Shown: positions 53,256 to 64,000 of the stretch, piece after piece | Layout: every line of letters begins with the position of its first letter | How positions within the stretch are numbered: position 1 is the first letter of the stretch | Assembly (NCBI RefSeq): GCF_006345805.1 | Contig: NW_021832224.1 | Coordinates: 124,001-188,000, forward strand | Length of the DNA: 64,000 bases | Reading direction: 5' to 3' | From: Octopus sinensis | Lineage: Eukaryota | The notes under the pieces: generated by a model | Database searches by the model: none | What the model was told of the DNA's origin: nothing | The model's input: only the letters and a program-made list of their open reading frames with translations | Translations under genes and position numbers: made by a program

Positions 53256-53934
53256 CGTGAGGCCATTAATTAGCTTAGCTATCTTTTTTCGATGACATAA
53301 ATTCTTTTTTGTTAAATTTTCGTTAAAAAAATAAAATAAAAGCTCTAATTGTTATCGACCATGAATAGACTGTGCAATTATCAGATTTTGAAAACCACTA
53401 AAAAGGAAAAAGCAAAAATTATTAGAGATTTACATAATTGATTCTTTTTAACTGCCGAAACTGACAAATTCGATTATGCTACTGTTTAGATTTCTTAAAA
53501 GATAGAGGCAAATAAAATTTAAATTAGTCATGTAAATTTCAATTTGCCTATATTTAAATCTCCTTGATTTAACAGGCTTTAATTTTTTTCCTTATAATAC
53601 TACAAAGATGAAGCTGATTATCATTTTCTTTACCGAAACAGACAAGTTCGATTATGCTAAAGTTTCAATTCCTTTAAACATAGAGGCAATTAAGTATAAT
53701 GGCTTTGATTGGATAATACACTTTACATAAATTTCACTAAATAAATTTACGTAGAAAATTTAATATAAATTACTGATTCGCGTTTACAAAATCATAAGAA
53801 TGTCCTATAAAGAGAGATCTGAGAATGTTAACAAACAAGAGAATATGAACCATATAACAAAAAGAGAAACGAGGGAAGATGTGCTTAAATGGTGAGGGAA
53901 CTTAGACAACAGCTGAACAAGGTCAGGACTGCTG

Positions 53935-54770
53935 TTAGACTCAACTACGGGTAATAGAATTATGCATTCTAGGTTAATTGTTTGGGATGAATGTACGATG
54001 GCTCATAAAGGCGCATTCAAGCAGTTGACCGAACATATAGAGATATCAAGAATTGTAGCGACCATTTGTTTGGGGGAGCATTAGTTGTATTGGCAGGTGA
54101 TTTTAGACAGACGCTGCCAATTATTCAAAGAGGGACGCCTGCGGATGAATTGAATGCCTGCCTCAAATCGTCATATTTGTGGACACACGTGAAAAAGGTA
54201 AGCTTAGATGTAAATGTACATGCACATTTACAAGGCGTTAATAGCATATTCCCACAAATCCTTCTAGATATTGGAAATGGGGCAATCACTTCAGAAATGC
54301 ACGACCAGAAAATTAGGCTACCGGAAGAATTATGTATTTTCGTAGAAACAGCAGAAGAATTATTGAATGCCGTCTATTCCGAACTATCTGAACACTACGT
54401 GAATTTCGACTGGCTGCGTGAACGAGCTATATTAGCTCCACTTAATGATGAGGTACTTAATATAAATTTAGATTTATTAATGAAAATCCCTGGCAGAGAA
54501 AGAATATATAAATCGGTCGACGTTATTATGGACCATGAAAGGGCCTGCGATAGATTTAAGAGACTACAATTTCCGCTGAAGATAAGTTTTGCTATGACAA
54601 TAAACAAGGCCCAGGGACAGTCTTTAAAGGTAGTAGGCTTATTTTTAGAGAACGAGTGCTTTTCACATGGCCAGCTGTATGTGGGGTGCTCAAGGGTAGG
54701 TAGAAGAGAAATTTATTTATATTTGCCAAGGATGGACGGACTGCAAACATCGTTTATCCACAGGCCTTAG
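53935..54770 (+). pseudogene. Helitron PIF1-type helicase fragment with internal deletion
   Basis: IVWDECTMAHK, FGGALVVLAGDFRQTLPII, RERAILAPLND, RLQFPLKISFAMTINKAQGQSL, FSHGQLYVGCSRV. The segment between YKSVD and FKRLQFP is missing, and there is no Rep domain. Confidence 0.92.
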
Positions 54771-54932
54771 AATAAGGTTATATCAAAGCAGGTCGCATTT
54801 ATATATCTACATAAATTTATAGTTATTTAAGGAAACTGCGAGCGTAGCGAGCAGGGCCTCCGCAGGAGCTAGCTCGCAGTGAGCGAAGCGAACTGCTGAG
54901 CTAGTAAATAATAATAACGTGTTTGTATTTCT

Positions 54933-55400
54933 ATGCCGAAGAGAATTTCTGTCAAAGACAAATTAGAGATTGCGAAGGCTTTAAAAACTAAAAATATGTC
55001 TGAAAGGACAAGATTGTTTTTACTTCATTTCAAAGTAATAATTAAATATGCCTAAATTAGATCTGGGAATAATTCTTAAAACATGTTACTCACACGAATT
55101 GGTTAAATTTATATGCTTTTTTGAAGGCGAAGAATTAATATTAAATGGTATTCACAGTAGACAAATATGAAATAATCTTTTAAGGTCTATCAAATATAAA
55201 TATGAGAAATGTTTTGTTAGCAATTGAAGATGCTTAGATCAGTGTTACTATTAAAACGATCATGAATTGCTGGAATAAAATTAATGAGCAACGTACAGAT
55301 GATGTTCAAAAAAAATGTATTTAAATAAATGAAGAAAAGATCGAAGAAACTGTCAAGGAAATTATATCAGTAGAAATCTCTTGTATAAAAAATGACGAGG
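54933..55400 (+). mobile_element. Third pogo/Tigger remnant, apparently interrupted by the Helitron
   Basis: MPKRISVKDKLEIAKALK (psq-HTH start) and NVLLAIEDA*ISVTIKTIMNCWNKI (post-DDE). A TIR-like ...cctcgttatggggca lies at ~51325-51350 on the other side of the Helitron. Confidence 0.6.
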
Positions 55401-55449
55401 CGTTAGACCGTATTACATAACTTAGTTAGCTTAACTTTTTGTTCTTGTA

Positions 55450-58170
55450 GTTAACATTTGTCTGAAATAGATTGTGTAGCATATACCAGACACTTGATTA
55501 CTGACAAGTATGTAAAGCAGAAGAAAATGAATAAATAAGAAAAATACAAAAAAATACATTCAAATAAAAAGCGTGTCCTCTTTTGATTTAACACGTTAAT
55601 AACCCCAGCCTTCCAACTGGACTCCATTCATTGATATATATTGATAATACATTACCAACAAAAAATAGACAGGAACCTATGAATATTCCCCAAAAAACCC
55701 AAAATTTAAAAACATTTCAGCCCTCTTCAAAGAATATCTGAAATTGATATTCCTTCATTCAATACGGCAACTTAAAATGACTTTCTATTCTTTTACTGGC
55801 AATTTTAGGGAAACTTTTTTTATTAATTACATATGTATTTATGACTGTTAATAAACTATTTTCTATATTTTTTTATTTGAAAATACGCTTGCGATCAGAG
55901 CAAATGCCGGATCCAGGGAAAAACCGGTGACATAATATATCGCTGAGTTTAATCCAATTAAAATATCAGCTTTAACATATTTTCTTGGAATTTTATGAGT
56001 AGGCTTGCGAGCCTCTTTCGGTATCGATTTAACCTCCTTAATTTGAAAGTTTCCACATCTGGACGACTCCCCAAGCCACTACTCTTCCCCAAGACATCCA
56101 ACCCATCCCCAATGACCCGCCCAAAAATCAACCATAAACGTCTTTATATTCACAAAAATCCAGCAGAAACTCAGTTCATTCCCGCAAAGGCAGTCACTTC
56201 AAATGCCTGGGAAGTCACCAAACCAGAAACAAGAAATGTGAATCATCCAGACTGCAGGTAATAATTCTACTTAATCGATAGTGCCACTGTCCACGTGGTG
56301 AGTAAGAAGTCGGTCGTCGGCAGTGGAATGTCAGCTAAATTTCAGATACTTTGCATTTATATCCCCGCATATGATGGCTACATTGATGCATACCAGTTTA
56401 GAGAAATTTGACAATATATAAATCTTTGAGATCCATAGTTTAAATATTACATTTGTTATGTCATTCCAAAAACGTAAGTTGTATACTGTTTGAATATTCT
56501 AAAAATTTTTTTTATTAAGGTTACTTTTTTTCCTTATACAAATTCATATTTTAGTCTTTTTTAAGCAGTCGAAAAGGATTTTTGATAAAAGGCTGCAAGT
56601 AGAGTTAGTATCTTTGATAAGTTTTCTCTGTTTGACAATTGAAGTCAATGATGGAGTTCAAGTTAGCCCTGTTCAGTAAAAATGATTACGATAATATTAA
56701 ATAAAATTTACGTAACTTTATTACAAAATATTTTATATAAAAACTCGAATAATTAATTGATAATTATATGTTTTAAAATGTTGATGATTTAAAATTAATA
56801 ATTCTAAAACATTATAACTGTCCAGATTAAAAAACGAAAACTCAAGGAACATAGTAAATTTTAAAACAATATTAAAACTCACTTTTCATACAAAGTTTAT
56901 CACGCAACATTTTCATGCAAATTTATCATTTTACATTAGAAAATCATTCAAACAAAAGACGTATTAGTGTTGCTGAATTGTTGTTTTTAGAAGACAATTC
57001 TCCGTTCTGGAAGAAATAGAAGGTTTTAGTCACCTAGAATTTTTAATAAGTTTTCTCCGTTTGACAATTGAGGAACACTAATTATAACCACAAACACAAA
57101 CTTTCTCGCCGCACAGTTATAAACATCAATACTGGATTTAACCACGTGCCATTCAGCACAATTCCATTTCTTTATGTTGGCTATTTTTTTGCTGATTTTG
57201 TATAGTCTAACAGGTTTCCGCCAACATGACATACAAAGCACGTGGGCGTATCTGGGGTTTTTTCCGTGGTTTGGCAGTACTCATTGAACAAATTAGGATG
57301 GAATGATTGAGGATTTATACTAATATTAAAAAGTATTATTACTAAATATTTTGTATATTAAATGTAAAAAGATTTAGATTTGAAATTGAGATAATATTTA
57401 CGTAAATATACTAGGAAATGAAAAACACATTCAATGGCCAAGTTCAAATGCAATAGCACATCCAGATTATTTTCGATTATAAAAATACTCATATTCTCTT
57501 CTCTTACCGTAATTTCAGTTTTCTTTACATTTATGCTAAGAAACTATTTTTCAAGCTCCGAAGGTGCATTTTCCAGTAGGTTTAGAGTGAAGCTAACGCC
57601 TACGAACAAATTAAGGCAAAGAATTCACCCGTCGAAGAGTTAGGCGTTTATTATATAAAAAGTCTTTCTAAAGTGTTTGTTCACTTTTTAAAATAACTCT
57701 TTGTGATGGTTTGATTGAATTCTCAACAATTTACTAACTGGAGTTGAATGATTTGCTCTTGGTTGGGGTCGCTCACAATGTACTGGAGGTAGGGGAAATA
57801 GAATACCAAATATCCGAACATTATTCCTATCAGCAACACTCCTGAAGCAAACAGAAATTCCAATTTCCTGAATCCGTAGCGGTCCACAAGCAAGAAAATG
57901 AAAGTATCGAAAACAGTTATAATAAGTGGAGTAGGATCCTAGAAATTCTACAAGTTGACTACTTTTGGCGAGAAAGAATATATAAGGCAATCAAGGTCCC
58001 GATCACTTCCTGCATGTCTGAGCCCACAATCCACATTGTTATATTTACTGCTTTGGGTAAATATAATTGACAGTTCTGTGCCAAATCCTTTCCAGTGACA
58101 ACTCCCTACAAAGAGAAAACAACAACAGCCACAAAAGCCAGAAATTGCAAAATAGGGACCATCTTATATT
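55450..58170 (-). pseudogene. NRAMP/SLC11 divalent-metal transporter, disrupted
   Basis: [61 protein letters not shown]. In-frame deletions, a frameshift near 57930, and no DPGN exon found. The 3' half is very diverged and may be a separate gene. Confidence 0.75.
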
Positions 58171-58325
58171 CCGCCAACTTTCCTGAAAAACTAATTACAA
58201 AATTTAAACGTAATGCTCTTTAAAAAAATAAGAGTTCCAGATAAATTTTAGCTTATAAATATATTTTTACTCTTTTATTACTAAAATTTCTTAAGAAACT
58301 AATTGAATGTGATTTAAAAAATAAG

Positions 58326-58722
58326 ACCTGTGTCGACTCGTTTTCCTCGTCATCTCTCATGGACTCTGCCTCCCGCCCTGGCTCAGCCTCCGCACATGCC
58401 GAAACAAAAAAATAACAAAGTATGTCTCATTGGAGAACACCTGCCTTTTCGTCCCCCTGGCTTTCGAAACGAGCGGGATAATCGGCCCAAAAGCTCTTGA
58501 GTTCCTTTCGGAAATCGGCTTGATGATCTCAAGGAAGAGTCACGAGAGACGTGAGTCTAGTTGGCTTTTTCAGCGCATTTCGCTCGCGATATTGCGCGGA
58601 AACTGCCTATCTATTCGCGCGTCCTCTCAATCAAAGAATTAACATCATTAATTTACTTAATTAACAATTATTTTAGTTTAATAAAAAAAATGAAAAAAAA
58701 AATTCATCAAAAAAAAAAAAAA
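58326..58722 (+). mobile_element. 5'-truncated CRE-clade non-LTR retrotransposon with A-rich tail
   Basis: TCVDSF...AETKKITKY...FVPLAFETSGIIGPKALEFL...LFQRISLAILRGN, the typical CRE RLE C-terminus; poly(A) at ~58709-58722. Confidence 0.85.
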
Positions 58723-58847
58723 AGTAATTCTTTCGGAATTTAAAAAATGCCAATAATTCAAACTAGATACGAGAATTATATGTGAACTTATACACAAATA
58801 AAATTAACAAAAAATTAATCAAGATAATAAACTTTTAGATAATTTTT

Positions 58848-59295
58848 TTATTTCATCGAAATTATGTTCTTTGGAATGACTGAATATTTGAAATTACCTT
58901 GATTTAATTGCTCCCTCATTTCGTTCATTTTTATTAGCTCATTTAAGCAAAAATTTTCTAATTTTGAATCTGGAGAACGAAAAAACATATTTTCAAGATG
59001 TTTTATCTTATTTTCTATACATTCGTTGCTGATTCTCAAGCTATCTGAGCGTTCAAATAATAGCGATATGTATTGCTTAGAAGCCTTTAAAATATTACGT
59101 CTAGAAATCTATTTGCATTAAACATAAAAATTACATTTCTGTCTGAATTTGGGATGATTTGATTCAGATTCTGAAAACTTTTTTGAATTTTATCTCGTCG
59201 TTTTTTTTCTTGATAATTGTGATAAAGGCGTTCATCAATCTAAACGATAAGTATTGTTCATTGACCAATTTATCTGAATTGATATCAGAATTCAT
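58848..59295 (-). CDS. MAX: Max-like bHLH-ZIP transcription factor
   Basis: Spliced: ERLYHNYQEKKRRDKIQKSFQNLNQIIP...ISRRNILKASKQYISLL...IENKIKHLE. H5-E9-R13 basic residues retained; 2 introns. Confidence 0.7.
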
Positions 59296-59879
59296 TGTTC
59301 TGTTATTAAAGAATTATTTTTATTATTGACCTTAAAAAAATTTTAAACATAAATACAATGATTAATTTTTAATATTTATAAATTTCAAATCAGGGAAACA
59401 TCAACAGAGATTGAAAAATCAAAAGTTTAATAATTTAACTAGTAAAAGTAATTCTCATCCTAGGCAACTGCATAGTTGACCAGTCAGCTCTCTATATGTT
59501 TCCACCTGAATTTCCACTCAGTATTCAAGTAAGGACGATGACTCCTCAGTTATATCAACTGATAGTTTTTTCCTTTCTGATAAGATGAACTGTTGTTTTT
59601 AAACTTTTATCGTTAAAGTTTTTAATTTTCAAGTAAAGTTTAACTATTGCACATTTAATTAGTAAGAATTAGTAAGAAATCAATAAATTGAAAAAACCAG
59701 TTTTAAACATTGCTTCAAGTTGAAACAAAAACCATGGATGTGAAAATAAAATTGATTTTTATTTTTATATCATTTGACTATGATAAAATATAGTTTTAAT
59801 AATATAATTGCTATTTTAATAACTTACACTGAATTATATAAAATTTTTAAACAAGTGTAATTTCTATTCAGGTGTGCCA

Positions 59880-62206
59880 ATGTTCGTGAAAATAAACAGT
59901 AAAGTATCCGCAAAATTCAATGGCTATTTTTGTCAAGCAGTTGTAAAATCAGTAAACAAAAATGCCCTAATAAAGGTACCATAATCAAACCTCACTAAAC
60001 AAAGGTACAAGACAAAGACGGAAAAACATTTAAAGTAGACTACAAAGATCATATTTTAGGAAATTTAACTGTAAATATAAATATCATTATATTCTAGCCT
60101 TCCTCTCTCATCCGTGTGAGAGATCCCAGCGGAACAGGCGAGAGAGAAGTCACTGTAGTCAAATTTTACGACCTGAGTGAATATATCGTGGGTTATCCCT
60201 AATTAAAAAAATAAAAGTTTTTGATGACGGAGAAGAGCGGACTTTATCCATAAAACAACTCATAAATATAAACGAACCAAAATTTGAATATTTTTCCGAA
60301 ATTGACAAAAATTCAATCGAAGAAAAAAATCATCCCCCCAAAAAAATTGTCCGTAAAAAACAACTAATTGGGTTATTTCCCTTCATTTCTAACCACAGTG
60401 CCCCAAAGTCATCTTTGACTGAGACTGTGGCCATCGGGGACGTAATTTGGCTAGAACCCTCAAGAGAGGATGAATTGGCCCATCCTGGCCTGGTTTGTGT
60501 AAATTCTGCCAATTCTTTGGGAGAAGGATTGGTTGGGACACAAGTTCTTGTCCGTTCATTTTACAACGATGAATTGTAGAGGGATTAAATAAGAATTAGT
60601 GTGGTTGTGGATAAATCTGAGTTGTCTACCTTCAATAGAAGTAAGACAAGGGCACCGTTGAATACCAGTTTGTTCAAAGCAGTCGAAAAGGCCTGCATTT
60701 ATTACGATTTGGACAACCTCCCTGAAAACTGGTCAAAAAACGAATTACTAGGCCAATCTGCAGAAACAAACAGTCAGATTGAATTAAGCAATGTAAATGG
60801 CTTAATTTATTCAAGTCTGTGTCTTATTCCTCGTCCTCTGACGAAAATTGCGATCGAGAGCACAAGGATTTGTTTGTGGCTCATTTCTACAAGTTTTTTG
60901 AAGACTGTGCTTCGCCGATAACCACAACTCCTATGCTTGGTGGAAAAGAACTTGATTTCTACGAATTTTTTCGAGTGGTAAAAAACTACGGAGGATATAA
61001 GAAGGTCATAAAATGTGTAATAAAAAAGGTTTCCCGCGATATAAAGTGGCATTTTGTTCGGGAGAAAATGAAGGATTACGAATGTGAGACTCACCAAATC
61101 AAACAAGCCTATATGAAGTAATCTACGATTCACATTTTATAGATATTTGAGTCAATTTGAAGATTTTAATAAAAAATTTGGGTTTGTTGTCCACAATAGA
61201 TCGACGGGTATTATTTCCGGTGCTTCTTGGAGAGAGAATAACGTGAGAGTAATTCGACAGTCCTTCACTCCACAAAAAGTGGGAGATTTTATTATTTGGG
61301 TAGAAAAGAGTATTTTTGCATTCCAAGATGAGCACAAATCCAGCACCGCGAAAAAAAATTTCAAAAATGGTCAAATTTTAGTTTTAAATATTTTTTAGGA
61401 GTTTGAGTCGTTTGTGAAAGATGAGGAGTACTGCAGGTTGAGAGATCAATACATTTTGGTGGGAAATGTGTTTGAAATATTATCAGAGGACTCGAACATG
61501 TCCTACAAAGTGAAGGTAGTCATTTCTGGTGATTAGAAGGTCTCGGGAGTGGAAGAAAGGGAGGACGGAAAGCACTACACAGTCCACTACGTTGGCTGGA
61601 ATGTTGACGGAAATGTTAGTTTTTTAGAATCGATTTGACGAGGTTTTTGACGAAGTGACTCTGTGGTTGTTGTTAAGACAAGTGAAGAGTAATTTTGTGG
61701 GAATGCGGACAGTTTGTGAGAGTTCTCAATGTACATCAGAAGGTGTTGATAAAAGTATATTTCAGTTTCAGAAAATGCGGTTGATTTGGCAATTGAGGCA
61801 AAACTTTGTGAGGATAAAATGAATGTTTCTAATGAGAGTAAAAAAGAACAGGGAGAACACATAAATGTTCAATATGACGGGAAACCGAGTTCATATATTC
61901 CATATTTGGTCCAAAGTAAATTTGATATAAGAATTTGAGATTTGAGAGAGCTGAGTGATGATAGTGACAGAATGAACTTTATTCGAGAGTTTAATAAGAA
62001 GGTGTTAGATTTGGGTATTTGAAATGGGGGTGATGTGGTAGAGGAAGGAGATATGCTTACTGGGGATGAACAGTGCGCTTTCTGGGAGTCTAAACTGCAA
62101 CAAATCCATAAACTATATAAACGGACTCGCAATGTGAGGAATCGTAATTTTGACAAGACTAAGAAAGTTTTTTTACTATAAATAGTTGATAGAAACGGGA
62201 TTCTGA
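59880..62206 (+). CDS. ARID4: ARID4 (RBBP1/ARID4B/hat-trick)-like chromatin protein, compact
   Basis: KVSAKFNGYFCQA and VFDDGEERTL (Tudor), VLVRSF...LPENW (RBB1NT/PWWP-like), PMLGGKELDFYEFFRVVKNYGGY (ARID), YTVHYVGWN (chromobarrel), ESKLQQIHKLY (C-terminus). The start may be ATG 59734. Confidence 0.88.
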
Positions 62207-62417
62207 ACTAAAGAGAGTTTGATTTTTCTGTTTTTAATTTATTTTAACTCATTTTTAAAAGTTTTTCTGTACTGAGACTTGATTTTTTGGGGTAGTATAT
62301 TCTATTATGGATAAATGAGAAAACTTTATTGATAATAGTAAAAATACTTTTTGTTAAATTAATCAAAAAAATTAAACAAAATAATAATTGTTGAACGCGT
62401 GGTGTGGTTGTTTCATA

Positions 62418-63414
62418 ATGTCGTTGCCTAAATTTAATAATTTTAAAAATATAATTGGAGGAGGAGCAGGATTATTGGCACTAGTGGGAGGGTCAGTGTA
62501 TGTTGCCAGTCAGTGCTTTTACACAGGCATGATAAAATGATTTTTATTTAATAGTAAATGGAGGACATCGTGCCATTATTTTCAGCAGACTTTCCGGTGT
62601 TAGAAAAGAGATATTTCCAGAAGGACTTCATTTCAGAGTACCTTGGTTCCAATGGCCAATACTTTTCGATGTCCGTAGCAGACCATACCGACTAAATACT
62701 CTGACCGGCAGCAAAGGTTTCCGGACTTTTAAACATCTCAGATTTACAAATCGTAAATATTACATTGAGAGTGCTTTCCCGACCTGATCAGAGTGCACTG
62801 CCCGACGTGTATAGACGACTGGGTCAAGATTATGACGAAAAAGTACTCCCCTCAATCTGTAATGAGGTTATTCATAAAAATGATATAATTTAGGTCCTTA
62901 AAAGTATTGTGGCCAAGTTCAATGCCTCGCAGCTCATAACTCAGAGACAGAGTGTAAGTACAATGGTTAGGTCGGCTCTTGCAGCCAGAGCCAGGGAATT
63001 TAATATAATTGTGGATGATGTGTCTATTGTGGAACTGAGTTTTGGAAAAGAATATTCGGCTGCTGTGGAGGCCAAGCAAGTCGCTCAACAGGAGGCACAG
63101 CGGGCACAATTTGTGGTGGAGAAAGCCAAGCAGGAAAAATATCAAAAAATTCTCATGCAAAGGGAGAGGCTGAATCGGCTGTTTTGGTTGTTTGTTTGCT
63201 GAAATTGTAGATTGGGAAATCTATAAGGGAAAATCCCTCATTCATTGATTTGAGAAGGATTTCTACCGCAAGGAACATTGCAAAATCTGTGAGTGTTTTG
63301 TTCAGTATTTTTTAGATTTCGGGGTCAAAAAATCACGTGATTTTGGATGGGCAATCTCTCTTGCTCAATTTGTATGATAATAATGCAACAAAACAGTCAT
63401 CTCAAACCAAATGA
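62418..63414 (+). CDS. PHB2: Prohibitin-2
   Basis: [94 protein letters not shown]. First intron 62527-62554 is GC-AG; apparent 1-nt frameshift near 63152. Confidence 0.96.
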
Positions 63415-64000
63415 CCTAATTTGACTAATTTCTCTTTGTTTTTCATGTTCTACATTTTGATAGATTTAGGTTTAATAGTTTGTAAAATTCGAACATAAAA
63501 GTAATTCTAGATCATTTTTCATGCAGAGATTTATAAGGGTTAATTGATAGGGGACTAAAGTACTGTTTAGTGTCTTGTAAAATTTAATAACTAATTCTGT
63601 TCCGAGGTTATTCTTAATAAGATTGGTCTTTAATGTCAGCTATTGTTGGTAGGGTTGTTGGTCATTTAGTTTGTGTCTACTAAAAGGCTTTTTTAATTCA
63701 CTATTTGGACTTTCCCATGTGAGTTTTATTTGGAAATCGTTAATAAGGTAAACATTCACTCGTTTTTATTCTTCAAACGGGACAAATAAAATTCTGGCAC
63801 GTCTTAAGAGGGTTCTTATTATTCCCTGATTTTCCTCACGTGAGTCGGCACAAGTGAGTCTTGGATGTGTAGCCCTGGTCTTCGCGATTACATTATATCT
63901 CTGTCCATGTGAGTGTAAGAGGGCTTCCATGTTCGTGGGAGCTGAGGACTTGCCTCCGATATAACGCTTTTAAGTTTAAAGGCTCTTTTCAGCCTCGCCT

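Larger units (their letters stand above)
51400..54904 (+). mobile_element. Non-autonomous Helitron with internal satellite and PIF1 helicase fragment
   Basis: Inserted between A (51399) and T (54905); 5' TC followed by a (GTCT)n microsatellite; 3' hairpin gcagt-gagcgaagcga-actgc then CTAG at 54901-54904. The 5' boundary is less certain than the 3' one. Confidence 0.85.

Noticed and set aside
63780-64000. Possible RLE-LINE CCHC fragment at the window end
   Set aside because: Only a loose HVLRG...RH resemblance with stops; too little sequence to call.

Overview
AT-rich, gene-dense eukaryotic nuclear DNA using the standard genetic code. The gene set is animal-type (iRhom, class C GPCR, ARID4, Max-like bHLH-ZIP, ZER1/ZYG11, metaxin, VPS13A/C). 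Almost every intron I could place by homology is only about 23-30 nt. This points to a strongly miniaturised parasitic metazoan such as a myxozoan cnidarian or a dicyemid/orthonectid; that assignment is inference and was not tested. Recognisable genes in order: RUVBL2 (5' partial), an atypical Rho GTPase, PINX1-like, DMC1, VPS13, metaxin, a catalytically dead GH20 hexosaminidase homologue, MRPS26-like, a possible INTS10, CCT5, iRhom, a class C GPCR, ZER1/ZYG11-like, a disrupted NRAMP, Max-like, ARID4-like and PHB2. Between them lie transposon debris (RTE-like, CRE and other RLE-type LINEs; Tc1, pogo/Tigger, hAT-Buster, CGGBP1-like) and a 3.5-kb non-autonomous Helitron carrying about 18 copies of a ~96-bp repeat. 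There is no CRISPR array, rRNA or convincing tRNA. Most notable observations: (1) a strand-symmetric G/T-to-C/A skew that flips at short AT islands regardless of gene direction, (2) minimal introns with almost no splice-signal consensus, (3) a Rho GTPase with no CAAX box but an N-terminal CCC + polybasic motif, (4) a secreted pseudo-hexosaminidase. Exon boundaries were placed by eye from recalled family alignments and are approximate unless stated.
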